A stretch of 64,000 nt of DNA from Phoronis australis (taxonomy: Eukaryota > Animalia > Phoronida), in NCBI GenBank assembly GCA_002633005.1, contig NMRA01000319.1, positions 351,546 to 415,545 on the forward strand, in the 5' to 3' direction. The translations under genes were made by a program, and so were the position numbers. The notes under the pieces are model-generated. The model had not been told where the DNA came from and searched no databases. It saw nothing but the letters and a program-made list of their open reading frames with translations. Each line of letters opens with the position of its first letter. Within the stretch, counting starts at the first letter, position 1. Shown piece after piece: positions 30,301 to 40,112 of this stretch.

Positions 30301-33300
30301 TTGAATGGTCATACACTAGAGCAAGGTGATAAATCAAATGCTGTAGGTCTAAGCAGTTCAATTGCAGGCTTGCTGCTTTCAACATCAAAAACAGCCGTGG
30401 ATGGATGAAGAGGTTTTAATATGTACTAGGTAATTGAAGACACAATTTCATTTCTTGTTTACAGACAGAATGGAAAAAGACCTAGCCATCCTCACAGAGT
30501 CTCTAGAGGTGAAGAGGCCAGAGACTTACGAGGACCAGATTGACAAGTGCCGCAAGGAGGCACTGGACATCAGCTGGATACATCTGCTGGGTATGTACGA
30601 TGTGTGGTGCTCAACTTAAACTGTGTAACGCTATGACTTGGATTTAAATTCACAAACCATCACTAAATTATTAATACAAGCGTGATGTTTTATTTTATGA
30701 TAATTATATTGGAATATTTTTCTTTAATTCTCATTTTTTCAACAATGAATGTTTTATGATAATTTTATTAGAAGTCTGCATGGAAATGTAGAGTATATTA
30801 GTGTGTCCACTGGCATACCTACAGGGGTATCACTGTCCCTTGCGCATCTCATTTCCCTGCTCATTATAAGACGTCCCTACTCATCACCACTCATTTCACC
30901 ACCTCACGGTCACCAACATTTGCATGCCTGGTCCTCCTGTTAAATACTTGTGTATACACCAGTGAGTGTGGCCTAGTAGTTGAGTGTATGCGTCACTTCA
31001 GGTCCCACAGAGCTTCTCAGCTCATCATGTAGACAGTAGGCAAGCATCAGTGTGAGTCATAAACTTCACTGGATGGTGTATGGAAAGTTCCCCACCAGTT
31101 CCCATTGCTGCAATTTTGTGGTCAATGTGATCTAATATGAGAATTAGAACTCATTGAAAGTCAACTGGGCTGATGGCTAATAGTTTAGCCAGGTGATCGC
31201 CAAACAATGAACTAGTCTTGTATAATCTGTTGCTGAAGGTAGATCTTGGTTATGCCCCAAAACCTCGCTGCTAATGCCTCGTCAGGTTGTGAGTGCGAGT
31301 GCAAAGACAACAGTGTTTAAAGATCGACTGTGTCCCCGTGGTGTAAATAAATAATTTTAAATCTGGTTGTCAAGGCTGGTGAAAAAATCTTAACGTTTTC
31401 ATTTGATGAATAGGCATGTAGCACTAATCGTTAACCTGGATTGGGGAAGCGTTTTTGCTGGCTATCTTCTGCAATAGAGACATGCAACATTTTCTATTGT
31501 TTTCTACACCAGATTGTATATATGCATGGGTTTATTCTAGGCTATCAAAGTTTGCTACAGCGTCTGTGCAGTACAGCCACTCTGCCCATAGCCAATGAGG
31601 AACTCGCGAAGGCAGCTGGTGACCCTGCGCAGGAAGTGACCTCTGACCTTGGGTTCATTAGTCACATAAACTTTGACACTAGCCTCAACCAGGACGTGGT
31701 GAGGTCAGCGCTGGTCAGCGGGTCGTGGGCATTGAGAACAACACATATGCACGCATTCCTTGCTGAGAATCTCACGGTATGTTTACTCTGGTTGTCTTAA
31801 AAAATTCTTCCTTTAAAGTTTCAGTTCACCTGCCTTTTGTCTCAAATACTAACTTGAGCAGTAGTGCTTTCATTGGGAGTTTTTCCATCCAGAAATCACT
31901 TCTTGTCTGAGTGTGAAACAAGTTGAAAACACTGAGTTTTACCTCAGAAAGCGATTCATTTAAAAGTTTGTGTTTGTACACAAGACAGGTGCATTGGAAT
32001 TTTAACATGTAGCCTGTGAAACTCATTTTGTATTTAGAATTATATCAAACAACTAACTGTCGGATTCAATGAAAATGAAATGAAAGCTACGAAGCAGCTT
32101 ATCTCTTGAGGTCCAGGTAAAACCATTGTATTCTTCAAACAAGAGTAAAATGAAGAAAGGCATTCGTGGTATAGTTGTGTTAAGTTAGGAAACTAATTCA
32201 ATAATACCCACGACCTCCACTCCATCTATGCTATAGTTGCACAAAGTTAGGAAACTAATTTAAAAGTACCCATGACCTCCTCTCCACCCATGGTATCGTT
32301 TAGTCAGGAAAGAATTGCTGCTAATAAAATAATTCAAATTCTGCTGCAAACTTGCAGAGCACATTTTAAGATAACTGTCATTTGCCATAACTTGGCATGA
32401 AACCTTTATTCAGAATCAACGGAAACTTACAGAACTTTTAAGTTAAATATATGTTTTGGAAATTATTTAGATGTAATTGACAATGTAAAATAAATGTTAG
32501 GTCTGATATGGTAAGATTAAGGTGTTCAGTGCATGCACTAATGATTGAAAAGGGTAGATACTTGAAACTGAGGATACCGGAAAGGTTATGCCCTTTCTGT
32601 GTTGGGACATGTCAGAATATCATTTTGTTACCGAATGTTCATTCTACGATGACCTTAGGAAACAGTATTTGCCCACATGTAGCTGCAACAATCCCAATGT
32701 TACGAAATTCAACAGGGCCAGGACTTTGAAGGAAAAAGATATTATATGGTCAACATGTAAATTTGTTCATTTCGCATCCAAGCGAAGAAGAGGTTGTGTT
32801 AGTTTTGGTGTTTGACACTTACCTGTATTGTAACAAGGGTCGGAGCCCTAGTTGTTGAATAAAATTAAGGTTTGGACCAACTTCTGTAATTGGCTTCAGT
32901 TTTAAAGCAAATAAACCATTTTCAAGCCTCATAATTTTCAATGTTTTTAGAAGTTTTTAAAAAAATTGCAGTGTGTGATCTGGCATGAAATTTCACTCAC
33001 TTATTTTATGGTCTATGATTTTTTATTTTCGCTTGAACAACAACTTGCTTGGTAAAACCTCACCAATTTAGGACCAACAGTTGTGTTCTCTTGGTGATCG
33101 TGTGTTTATACGTTCCTAATCTGGAGACAATGCCTTACTTGGCTTTACATGCTTTGTCGGTCTGATGTTCATTTCAGCTGTATGTGTGTGTCCATTTTTG
33201 GTGTGCTCCTTGCCATCAGCAATGTTTGATGCAATAAACGTTCGGTCTTATGGAAATGTCCTGTCTGTGCTTCTACCTATTTACTTATCTTTACATTCAT

Positions 33301-36300
33301 TAGTGTCACGTGACATGGATAGTCAGTCCTTGACCACTCATTTTGTAGAAATACGCCGAGGAGTGCTCAGCCATTTACCCACCAGATGTGCTGCGGCTTG
33401 CTTACGACAAGACCTCTCTGATATCCCCAGATATCACATGTATCATGTACAGAGGAAACCTCCAGTCGTTGGCGGAAGCTGATGAAACAGACAGTGATGT
33501 AGCCATCGCTGCACCGCCGGGACTGTTGAGCAAGGTCTACAAGCCGTCGGACAAGGATGTTGTCACGGCACCGAGTAAGTAGTTAATATGGTTGCCTATG
33601 TTGGTTGAGTGGCGCCATGTGCTTGTTTTTCATGGGTGTCAATTTGAGATAGATTGATTGACTGAGCTCCGCTTTGTATCCAAATAGAGATCGTGGTCAA
33701 ATGAATAACTAAATACCACAGGATGATGTTTACGGTAATTCTGTTTTTGATTGAGGTGACTTGAGTTATTATTAATTAAACATCTTTACCATAGTTAATC
33801 AACTGAGTATTGTAAGTGCATTATGTAATGACAGCCCTATTGATTATCACTAAGATCAGAAATAAAATAATAAACTGTTTTTCTCTAAATTGTCCCTTCA
33901 GGTGCCGATCTCTGCCTTCAATGGTACATCCCATCCCTGGACGAGCCAGTTGTCAGTGGGCGGGCCTCAGTGAACTCAGCTGAGTCGTACATGGTTCTGC
34001 TCTATGCCATTGGTCGAAAGCCAGAGAAAGGTGTGGTCATACCACCTTCCAGTCTTCAATGTGGCATGGGATGGGTGTCGACCATGCAGTTGATTGATTT
34101 GCATGACAGGTGAGAAACATAAATTATGCAGGGTAAATTGTTTTGTTGCTTTCAGGAGTAATTAAGTAATTTAGGACTTGGAATAAATCTCAATATGTCC
34201 ATTGATTCACATGTTTGACAATGATGGTGTGATTGAAGAAGTAATTAAAGGAGCACTTTTATTAAATCATTAGAAAGGCACCACTTGGTTTCACTGAGGA
34301 CATAACAATGCAGAAGTGTGGCTTAAATTTCACCCAAAAATATCTGTCTAATGACAACTCTTAATTTAATTTGGTTTTGTTATTATTTGACTTAGAATTG
34401 TCATTTAATGTCATTTAGCATTTATCCTTAGTGTTACTGCATTTACCCTTTGACCTCAGCTTGTTCCATTGGATGGCAAATGAACAAGCTGGGTAGTTGA
34501 CCCATGACGGCGTTCTCCCGTTCAGTGACTTTACCAGACATAGAGGGTTGTGATCGTGTGATAACATCTAGCTCCTTTGTTAACTGCCAAGCACAGTCTT
34601 TTGTCTGGTATGACAACAGGCAGGCCAGTTACCTACCAGGCTTAATACAGACCACATGTGAACACAGTCAAACTCAGACAGAATTGGTATGTTCGGAAAG
34701 AATAGATTGTTGTAACTTCGGTTGTAGTCGGGCGATTTTGGCGATTCAAAAACTAAACACGATCAGCAGAAATGCTATTGGTTTATGTTCAAATATGTTA
34801 TAAATTAACTTTTATTTTTAACAGCACAGCACAGTCAGGCTAGATAGGATCTTATTGGAGATTAGAGCAATTATCGAACAAAAGAGAGCTGGCCCTCCTA
34901 AATGCCAGAATGGAGTTAATCAGTCGTGTAAGATGTTGGCTACAGGGGTCATCTTGCCAACTTGATGGGCTATAGAATCGAACAAGTTGGGATCAACGGA
35001 AAATGCCATAGGGGTGTAGCCTTTATCTTACGCATTTTATTAACTCCAGTCTGCTATTTATGGTAGGAGGGCGAGCTCTATTTTGTTCAATAATTGCTCT
35101 AATCAGATAAGACTGTATCCAGCCTGACTGTGTTGTTAAAAATAAAAGATAACAATTCTGAATTCCTCGTCAAGTGCTGATTGTGTTTATAGTTTTTGAA
35201 TCACCAAAATCGCCCAACTACAAAGTTAAGACAATCTATTTTTATCTGATTGCAAACTAATGCATTGGATTTGACCATGTTCATACGCTGTCGGTAATAA
35301 GGTGCAACCACTATACATTGTACTTTCATAATGTTTACGTCCAAGATAGAGATACATGATTCTTATGTTTGATCCAATACGTAGTTTTTAGCATAATGAT
35401 TATATATGACTTTGATAAACTTAAGATATTATGCCTGGTGTGTTGGTTTTATGTAGTTATGCGCATTACCACCACGGTCAAATGGATTAAAAGGTTAAAA
35501 ATCACATGGCCTGATTTGTCCAAAATTTTAAGATCTGTTGTGAAAAAATGCAGGTGTTCACGCTCACACTATGACGAAGGATTTTTATTTTGATTTTGTC
35601 TGATGTAGAAATTTCCAATTTAATTTAAAATTTTGCAAAAATAGGACTTTGGGGAAAAATAAAAATTCTTCATCCATATTCCTGAAATGTGGCCCAATTT
35701 TTGTGTAAAAATGACCTTGACACCCCTTGATGGGGCCTATCCTATAAGTGCAAAGACTGCATACTTGGTCACTTGATTTTGCCATTCATTATGCGTGAGG
35801 TCAGTTTGAACTCGAGGTCAAACGCAAAGGTTGCGTGGAGTTTGAATATGCTGTTAAAGTCGTGCATACTGAGTGTTTCAGGATCTATTAGTGTGAGATG
35901 GATGTTAAGCACACAAAAAATCCCCTATTCAAAAACAAAATGCACAACTTCGACAGCCCTACTCATACGTACATCTACGACCTAACGTGCGGCTTTTAAG
36001 GAAACTGGTCGCTGGGATCCGTTCCTCAGTGATGTGTACATTCTTGGGTGAAGTCCAGAACTAGTGATCCTAAAGAGCCACACAGGAAACTCCTTTCAAA
36101 ACGAGCAGGTGAAGCGGCTTTTTATTATTAAAAAACAGCTCAAGAGCAGCTCGAGTCCAATACCAACTGAAGCTAAATCTTTCATGGAATTAGTCCCAAT
36201 GGCAATGCTGATAAAATGGTTATTCACAAACTGAGAAAACATGACCTCAGCTACCATCACTTATTCATTGTTGTTGTTCTTTTACAGATGTCAAAAGTAG

Positions 36301-39094
36301 TTCTGCTTGAATTCAGTAACCCTTTGAGGCCTGGGAGATAATTAGCCTGCGTGTTAATTGTCATACCAGACAAAAGACTGTGCTCAGCAGTTAACAAAGT
36401 AGCTAGATGTTATCACATGCGCACAACGCTCTATGTCTGGTAAAGTCAGTGAAGTGAAGAAAGCCCTAATGAAAAGTTAATGAATCTAATGTTTGTTTTC
36501 TCCTTTTAATTAAAATTTTATATCGCTTCATGAGGTAAAAAGATCTATAACATTTTCATAAAACAAAACTGTTGAGAAATAAAGTTAAAATTTCTTTCAG
36601 ACTTACTGTTCTCACTCAACGCGGTGAGATTTCATTGGTCGAAAAAGCGCCAAAAGTGACGAAAGAGAAAGAACCAGTGAAAGTTACAAAGAAACAGGCC
36701 AGAATCAAAGCACTGTCACCCAAGGTCAAGAGGGACGAACAGCTGGAGGTAAGGGACATTTGTTTTTTGTTGAGTGCACCAAAATTTTCAACCTTCAAAC
36801 TGCGTTACATTAAGTTTCTAGCAGGGAATGCTCCCATTGACGTAATACATGAACTGCATTTAGCAATTCTTTGATCACGTGTAATTACGAATACTAACTC
36901 ACAGTGATTTTAATAGAGTGACGCAGTTGCAAAGCAAAAGGCTACACAGAAAATATGAACCACTGATGATGCATTTCAAGTATTGTATTTTCTTTGTCTT
37001 CGGCGTGTATAAATTATTGTAATTTCAAAATGCGCTGTCCGGTTTCAACTAAAAATATTGCTGTTACATATTTGGTTTTTAAGATACATGACTTGTGACT
37101 AAATGTCTTTCCTCGTGTTATCGCTAATTCACATAGTTTTTGACTGGCTGCCGATTGTTTAATGTTTCGTTTGTCCAGGGTTTGCTGCGACAGAGTCTAA
37201 ACGACGTACAAGCTTTGTTTGGCGTAACCATTCCCAAACCTGCACCTCCTTCATCAGAAACGGAAGCGACTGAGGAAATTGAGGTATGGGAAGATGGATC
37301 TAGTCATGTGACTTGTACTCCTAGGTTTTTGTACCTTATCAACAAAACTACAGATTTTATGTTTTGTGAAAGTGGATTTTTGTGTTTTTAATAGTCTATA
37401 ATTAATTGGGTCACATGGCTATGTTTTTGGTAAAATTAAGCAAAAAAGTAAAAAAGTACATTGATATCAAAACAACGGTGTCAATAGGATGACCAAATTT
37501 CATTTCATATATCTCAAAAATATTATTGTTGCTGTTTTCTAAATTATCACTTAATTTCTGTTTTATGCAGTTTTTTTAAATTTTTTTATGAAAAAGCGAA
37601 CCAAAACATTTATCTCTAACAGTGTCTTGAGAACAGTGCATATGGTTTCGCATGAATCTGATCAGCCATTTCTGAGGTGTGATGTCATTACGGCGTTTTC
37701 CCATTGCTCCCAACTTGTTCGATTCTATAGCCCAACAACAACTTGGGAAGTTTACCCCTTTAGTCAATATCGTACAGGACTGATTAACTCTATTCTGGCA
37801 TTTATGGTTGGAGGGCCAGCTCTCTTTTGTTCAATAATTGCTCTAATCTTCAATAAGATCGTATCTACCCTGACTGGGCTTTGCTGCTTTAACATATTTG
37901 AACATAAACCAGTAGCATTTCTGAAATCTTCCTCAAATGTTTAGTTTTTGAATCGCCAAAATTGCCCAACTGCAATCAAAGTTACGACAATCTATTCTTT
38001 CCGAATACACCAATTCACTCTGAAATTGAGTGTGTTCACACGTGATCTGTAATAAGCGTGGTAGATAATTGGCCTGCTTGCTGTCATACCAGACAAAAGA
38101 GTGTGATTGGCAATTAACAAAGGAGCTAGATGTTATCGCACGCTCAGAACCCCCTAAGTCTGGTAAAGTCACTAAACGGGGAAACGTTGTCATGTTCCGA
38201 AATTGGCCAGATTAATTTGGACATTTTCTAAGGTCCTACATGACCTTGATTAGTTCAGAATTGTCATTGATTTTACACTAAACATATGCATGAAGATGAA
38301 GAGGTGGTTCCTGCTTATTATGGAAACTCTGGACAATGATGGAATAATAATTTCCGGGAATGGGAAGCTTGTGAAAAATAGATGCAACTCAGATTTTGTG
38401 AGGCATACTGCAAGTACAAGCACAGCAACGATCACTCTAGTGAATATTACTTTTCTTTTTATTCCAAAATAGCTTGAAATTGGTAATTACATGCTGAAAC
38501 ACTCAGAAAAATTGCAATACGAATGAAAATACCACATTGAAGATATCATGTGAGTGTTTTCACTGTTGCCAATTCGTGCCGCTCAAGTTACACAGAGTTT
38601 TATTTTCTGTTGATGTCACTGACTTAAAAGACTTTGATTTGGAGTATTTTCAAAGTTTCTTTGAAGGTAGCCACACAAGTTCTGAGAACTGCTTTCGTTT
38701 GAGCTCTCGCTAATTTAATCTGCAGCCAATCACTTTCAAGCACTTGAGTTAAAACCAAACCCACTAAATGGCTTCACAAGTGGGACGTCGTCCTTTTGAT
38801 TTTCTTTACGAAGTTGGTCTTCGTATGATTGTGACCTTTATTTTTAACATTTCTGTCTCATGTTTTTCCAGTTGACTTTCCCAGCAATTAGTGACCCTTG
38901 TGTACTACATTATTATAGCAGTTTCACCAATAGTCAAGTTGTTGTTTTTAATACGCTTCGTTTTCTTTCAGTCTTTGCCGTTTGAAGTCAACAAGAACAA
39001 TGTCAAGGACTTTGAAAAACTGTTTGATCCAAGTTTCGGATTCACCCTTAAAGAGAAACACATGCTGCAGTGGTTCATGCAACTGTTCCCTTGA
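220..39094 (+). CDS. CFAP54: Cilia- and flagella-associated protein 54, 5'-partial spliced CDS (35 exons, 5787 nt, 1928 aa + stop in window)
   Basis: Hand-spliced GT-AG exons chain in compatible phases to TGA at 39092-39094. Blocks such as LPHPTSDRDYALYDI..LVPGIDLLSERFRADGRRIVAALRW..LFVLPLLTLYQYF..CRDLQRTVDGRILKVRILTDLGLFTEAF and the C-terminus PFEVNKNNVKDFEKLFDPSFGFTL..LQWFMQLFP* match my recollection of human CFAP54. Confidence 0.9.
1023..1120 (+). CDS. CFAP54: CFAP54 exon (LNIYQGL..NNMF), phase 0-2
   Basis: tttcag| ... aa|gtaagt; 98 nt. Confidence 0.88.
1195..1333 (+). repeat. Interspersed repeat family D (also 5135-5258 on +, 26775-26895 on -)
   Basis: Shared gctaaaagcaaagt..tttgttgagaaattt..gtgtcccaaactgaa. 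Confidence 0.75.
1890..2071 (+). CDS. CFAP54: CFAP54 exon (TSFLDQEWF..AAAAT), phase 2-1
   Basis: ttctccattcaag| (AAG acceptor) ... cag|gtaatg; 182 nt. Confidence 0.82.
2436..2611 (+). CDS. CFAP54: CFAP54 exon (APPPPLF..FFKRAI), phase 1-0
   Basis: tgtag| ... att|gtaagt; 176 nt. Confidence 0.88.
3403..3636 (+). CDS. CFAP54: CFAP54 exon (VLAHRG..TRAAK), phase 0-0
   Basis: ttttttag| ... aag|gtgagt; 234 nt. Confidence 0.92.
4456..4718. mobile_element. MITE family A (about 270 bp, TIR gtttcatgaaaagtgactt..cagaaatttggtcttacgctcc)
   Basis: About 45-bp imperfect TIRs; 6 related copies in window. Confidence 0.8.
4809..5035 (+). CDS. CFAP54: CFAP54 exon (NKKQ..DLRWLKRIVLRTMEVLFYESKWEKLVDLALRFNALT), phase 0-2
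   Basis: cattag| ... aa|gtaagc; 227 nt; absent from ORF track. Confidence 0.88.
5722..5975 (+). CDS. CFAP54: CFAP54 exon (DRYIEQV..HNVYK), phase 2-1
   Basis: ctttcag| ... agg|gtgggt; 254 nt. Confidence 0.88.
6515..6670 (+). CDS. CFAP54: CFAP54 exon (FDDAIKRVSVPLD..GRQN), phase 1-1
   Basis: ttacag| ... atg|gtgaga; 156 nt. Confidence 0.9.
7712..7912 (+). CDS. CFAP54: CFAP54 exon (SSGATD..AYDKTI), phase 1-1
   Basis: ctttcag| ... ttg|gtattg; 201 nt. Confidence 0.88.
8225..9683. mobile_element. CpG-rich TIR element spanning the gap (possibly CACTA/EnSpm-like ends)
   Basis: Left CATTAGCTAATTACG vs right CGTAATTAGTTAGTG; CpG-rich compared with flanking intron; no clean TSD. Confidence 0.45.
8578..9420. 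other. Assembly gap (843 N)
   Basis: Run of n. Confidence 1.
9859..9946 (+). CDS. CFAP54: CFAP54 exon (MLLARNQKGLAAQAMHELGNLHYHDGNS), phase 1-2
   Basis: ttgcag| ... cag|gtgaat; 88 nt. Confidence 0.9.
10450..10620 (+). CDS. CFAP54: CFAP54 exon (AAYNWWCESLD..CGLWGCILGGVLTSNIA), phase 2-2
   Basis: caccag| ... ca|gtatgc; 171 nt. Confidence 0.9.
11012..11197 (+). CDS. CFAP54: CFAP54 exon (YIITSDL..GIDLLSE), phase 2-2
   Basis: tttcctctaag| (AAG acceptor) ... aag|gttgtt; 186 nt. Confidence 0.9.
11680..11951. mobile_element. MITE family A copy
   Basis: Same TIRs and core as 4456-4718. Confidence 0.7.
12102..12953 (+). repeat. 69-bp direct repeat pair (12102-12170, 12885-12953)
   Basis: 67/69 identical. 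Confidence 0.9.
12232..12313 (+). CDS. CFAP54: CFAP54 exon (FRADGRR..RHNLF), phase 2-0
   Basis: tttcag| ... ttt|gtaagt; 82 nt. Confidence 0.9.
13115..13201 (+). CDS. CFAP54: CFAP54 exon (VLPLLTLYQYF..GRILK), phase 0-0
   Basis: ccacag| ... aag|gtatat; 87 nt. Confidence 0.92.
14101..14277 (+). CDS. CFAP54: CFAP54 exon (VRILTDL..QCNLR), phase 0-0
   Basis: caccag| ... agg|gtatgt; 177 nt. Confidence 0.92.
15273..15424 (+). CDS. CFAP54: CFAP54 exon (VMESTIEK..MMEA), phase 0-2
   Basis: tttcaccctaag| (AAG acceptor) ... tgg|gtacgt; 152 nt. Confidence 0.85.
15661..15790 (+). repeat. Interspersed repeat family G; inverted copy at 23362-23513
   Basis: catgataggatctcaagggtta..tctggcaatggaacttaac vs its reverse complement. 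Confidence 0.75.
16392..16418 (+). CDS. CFAP54: Candidate 27-nt CFAP54 microexon (G)PPVTMGTK(R), phase 2-2
   Basis: Strong acceptor catttcctctcag|, donor aag|gtgacg, open in the required frame; the frame also holds if it is skipped. Confidence 0.55.
16621..16890. mobile_element. MITE family A copy (reverse orientation)
   Basis: Same TIRs, core reverse-complemented. Confidence 0.75.
17507..17575 (+). mobile_element. tRNA-derived SINE head
   Basis: A box TGGCTCAGTGG 17514-17524, B box GGTTCAAATCC 17557-17567, no acceptor-stem pairing; more degenerate heads near 14575, 30965, 50390, 55048. Confidence 0.6.
17853..17947 (+). CDS. CFAP54: CFAP54 exon (GRESQIRQH..IKRD), phase 2-1
   Basis: tcttccttgcag| ... 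atg|gtaatg; 95 nt; needed for phase continuity. Confidence 0.82.
19849..20109. mobile_element. hAT-like MITE sharing TIRs with 62594-63104
   Basis: CAGGGCTTGGAAT ... ATTCCAAGCTCTG. Confidence 0.7.
20465..20656 (+). CDS. CFAP54: CFAP54 exon (GTTPDVNEE..PNEN), phase 1-1
   Basis: tcacag| ... atg|gtgaga; 192 nt. Confidence 0.87.
21652..22152. mobile_element. TIR element (MITE-like)
   Basis: gttgcacttcactgaaattcggc ... gcccaatttcagtgaatgtgaac imperfect TIRs. Confidence 0.5.
22768..22960 (+). CDS. CFAP54: CFAP54 exon (GPDSLPASELEL..SDKL), phase 1-2
   Basis: cttttag| ... tag|gtatga; 193 nt. Confidence 0.9.
23915..24111 (+). CDS. CFAP54: CFAP54 exon (ASSMK..RLDARLWLDCR..GHIK), phase 2-1
   Basis: tcgcag| ... 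agg|gtaggt; 197 nt. Confidence 0.9.
24767..24942 (+). CDS. CFAP54: CFAP54 exon (DISKVIVE..IDILQ), phase 1-0
   Basis: ccctcag| ... cag|gttggt; 176 nt. Confidence 0.9.
25690..25866 (+). CDS. CFAP54: CFAP54 exon (EVCRLL..QLLDQ), phase 0-0
   Basis: ccacag| ... cag|gtaatt; 177 nt. Confidence 0.9.
25914..26045. mobile_element. MITE family A, left half
   Basis: gtttcatgaaaaatgacttagacttaagtcagaaatttggtcttccgctccacacaacc. Confidence 0.7.
26549..26727 (+). CDS. CFAP54: CFAP54 exon (VQDLGD..NLYIPHVLTLTQLKLRIGH..LIKD), phase 0-2
   Basis: tttttcag| ... aa|gtaagt; 179 nt. Confidence 0.9.
27762..27886 (+). CDS. CFAP54: CFAP54 exon (SEDDMVSLW..ILFNI), phase 2-1
   Basis: ttacag| ... tag|gtgcgt; 125 nt. 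Confidence 0.9.
28388..28496 (+). CDS. CFAP54: CFAP54 exon (KVQRQLF..SDHDL), phase 1-2
   Basis: ttttattcaag| (AAG acceptor) ... gg|gtaagt; 109 nt. Confidence 0.88.
28878..29121 (+). CDS. CFAP54: CFAP54 exon (LIRQAYLELALLY..SPKKKKKKSTKKWM), phase 2-0
   Basis: tttcag| ... atg|gtaagt; 244 nt. Confidence 0.9.
29684..29942 (+). CDS. CFAP54: CFAP54 exon (SKKEKEE..AAWVAIRCAA..KVYK), phase 0-1
   Basis: caacag| ... aag|gtaaga; 259 nt. Confidence 0.9.
30465..30590 (+). CDS. CFAP54: CFAP54 exon (RMEKDL..ISWIHLL), phase 1-1
   Basis: tttacag| ... tgg|gtatgt; 126 nt. Confidence 0.9.
31541..31776 (+). CDS. CFAP54: CFAP54 exon (YQSLLQRL..MHAFLAENLT), phase 1-0
   Basis: ttctag| ... acg|gtatgt; 236 nt. Confidence 0.9.
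32167..32310 (+). repeat. Degenerate 62-bp tandem repeat (about 2.3 copies)
   Basis: aagttaggaaactaatt..tacccaYgacctcc at 32182 and 32244. Confidence 0.8.
32400..32865 (+). mobile_element. 5'-truncated non-LTR retrotransposon (LINE ORF2 C-terminus with CCHC-like finger), frameshifted
   Basis: YRTFK..NYLD..RLRCSVHALMIEKGRY..ERLCPFC / EYHFVTECSFYDDLRKQYL, then AATAAA near 32858. Confidence 0.85.
33349..33574 (+). CDS. CFAP54: CFAP54 exon (KYAEEC..VVTAP), phase 0-1
   Basis: tttgtag| ... cga|gtaagt; 226 nt. Confidence 0.88.
33902..34109 (+). CDS. CFAP54: CFAP54 exon (ADLCLQWYIPSL..IDLHD), phase 1-2
   Basis: cttcag| ... cag|gtgaga; 208 nt; absent from ORF track. Confidence 0.9.
34503..35010 (+). 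mobile_element. Repeat family B copy 1 (about 510 bp, short TIR CATGACGGCGTT)
   Basis: Reverse complement of 37686-38194 along its length. Confidence 0.85.
35038..36471 (-). mobile_element. Repeat family B copy 2, split into 35038-35302 and 36338-36471 by about 1 kb of other sequence
   Basis: Both pieces are reverse-complementary to copy 1 and are contiguous in the element. Confidence 0.7.
36601..36748 (+). CDS. CFAP54: CFAP54 exon (LTVLTQR..DEQLE), phase 2-0
   Basis: ctttcag| ... gag|gtaagg; 148 nt. Confidence 0.9.
37179..37283 (+). CDS. CFAP54: CFAP54 exon (GLLRQSL..EEIE), phase 0-0
   Basis: gtccag| ... gag|gtatgg; 105 nt. Confidence 0.9.
37686..38194 (-). mobile_element. Repeat family B copy 3, inserted in an older repeat
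   Basis: Ends CATTACGGCGTTTTCCC / GGGGAAACGTTGTCATG; flanks match an uninterrupted copy at about 41260-41355. Confidence 0.85.
38972..39094 (+). CDS. CFAP54: CFAP54 terminal coding exon (SLPFEVN..MQLFP*)
   Basis: ctttcag| ... TGA; resembles the recalled human C-terminus VPFDISL..LERLFDLANG..LFNWIVSIIP. Confidence 0.92.
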   Translation, partial: SLPFEVNKNNVKDFEKLFDPSFGFTLKEKHMLQWFMQLFP

Positions 39095-39844
39095 GAACCA
39101 AATGTTTATTTTGTGCGATATTTTTACGTTATGAAAGCATTACTGATGGTCTTTCATCATGTGATGAAAAAGTTTTTACATTCCAATTGTAGACATTTAT
39201 TGCTTGTACTGACCAACTTCTAATTTTGTTTTATGTGTTGACATCAGCAGGCATTTTGTTTATTCAAACTTTGTAGCTAGATGGCTTCTGTGTTTTCTTA
39301 AGAAATGCACTGTGTCATCGAAATAGGACCAAATTGGAAACTATAGGATGAAATGTAAACCCTTGATGCCAGGGTTAATGTATAAACTGTCATCTTCGAC
39401 TTGGCCAAAATTTAAAGCTGCTGTGTACCAGACTTCTGTTACAAGACTAAGTCTCATGTAATGCTAATTAGGCCAAGCCAAAATCACTAACTTTAAACAG
39501 AAATGAAGTTAGGGAGAATCTTGCCACTGAATCAGTCAGTGTACTTCATTAGCTCCATGGTTTTATGGTGTGTAACTGGGAAGGCCAACACTCCACATCA
39601 AATACAAAACAAAGGGTTCCCCCTTGAAACATGAACCACATCACAGGTTTTCAAGGATGGTGCTGCATTGAGCTTTACCTTTTTAATTTATAACTCTTTT
39701 ATTACAAACTGGTCTCGGCTTGTTCCTTATCCCGATTAGGAGTTATTTCTTGGGTTTGGTAAGAACTGATGAATTACTGTTCGAAGCTGGGCTTTGACAT
39801 AAACTGACCCGCCAGGTTATGTGTGGTCTCACGAGTTACTTCAG

Positions 39845-40112
39845 GATCTTGTTCTATGGAAACGAAGACTTACGTCAGAATTTGGTGTTATGCTCCACAA
39901 AACTGTGAAAAATAATAAGTCTCATTTCATGAAAAATACAAATGGTCGCTCTGAGAATATACCCGTAAGGTCTAGTTACTGACTAGAGGTAATGTGTATA
40001 GATTGTCTTGGTTGTGATGTGATAATTACATGGTTAAACCTTTGTTCAGTAATAAAATTGTGAGTTAGGAGCGCAAGACCAAATCTCTGTCTCAAGTCTT
40101 GAGTCACTTTTC
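39845..40112. mobile_element. MITE family A copy in CFAP54 3'UTR
   Basis: tcagaatttggtgttatgctccac ... ggagcgcaagaccaaatctctgtctcaagtcttgagtcactttt. Confidence 0.7.

Noticed and set aside
34504-38193. Two homologous ORFs (34504-34803 +, 37933-38193 -) that look like a duplicated small gene
   Set aside because: They are copies of repeat family B; a hand count gives about 24 non-synonymous to 10 synonymous differences, close to neutral expectation, and the third copy is broken.
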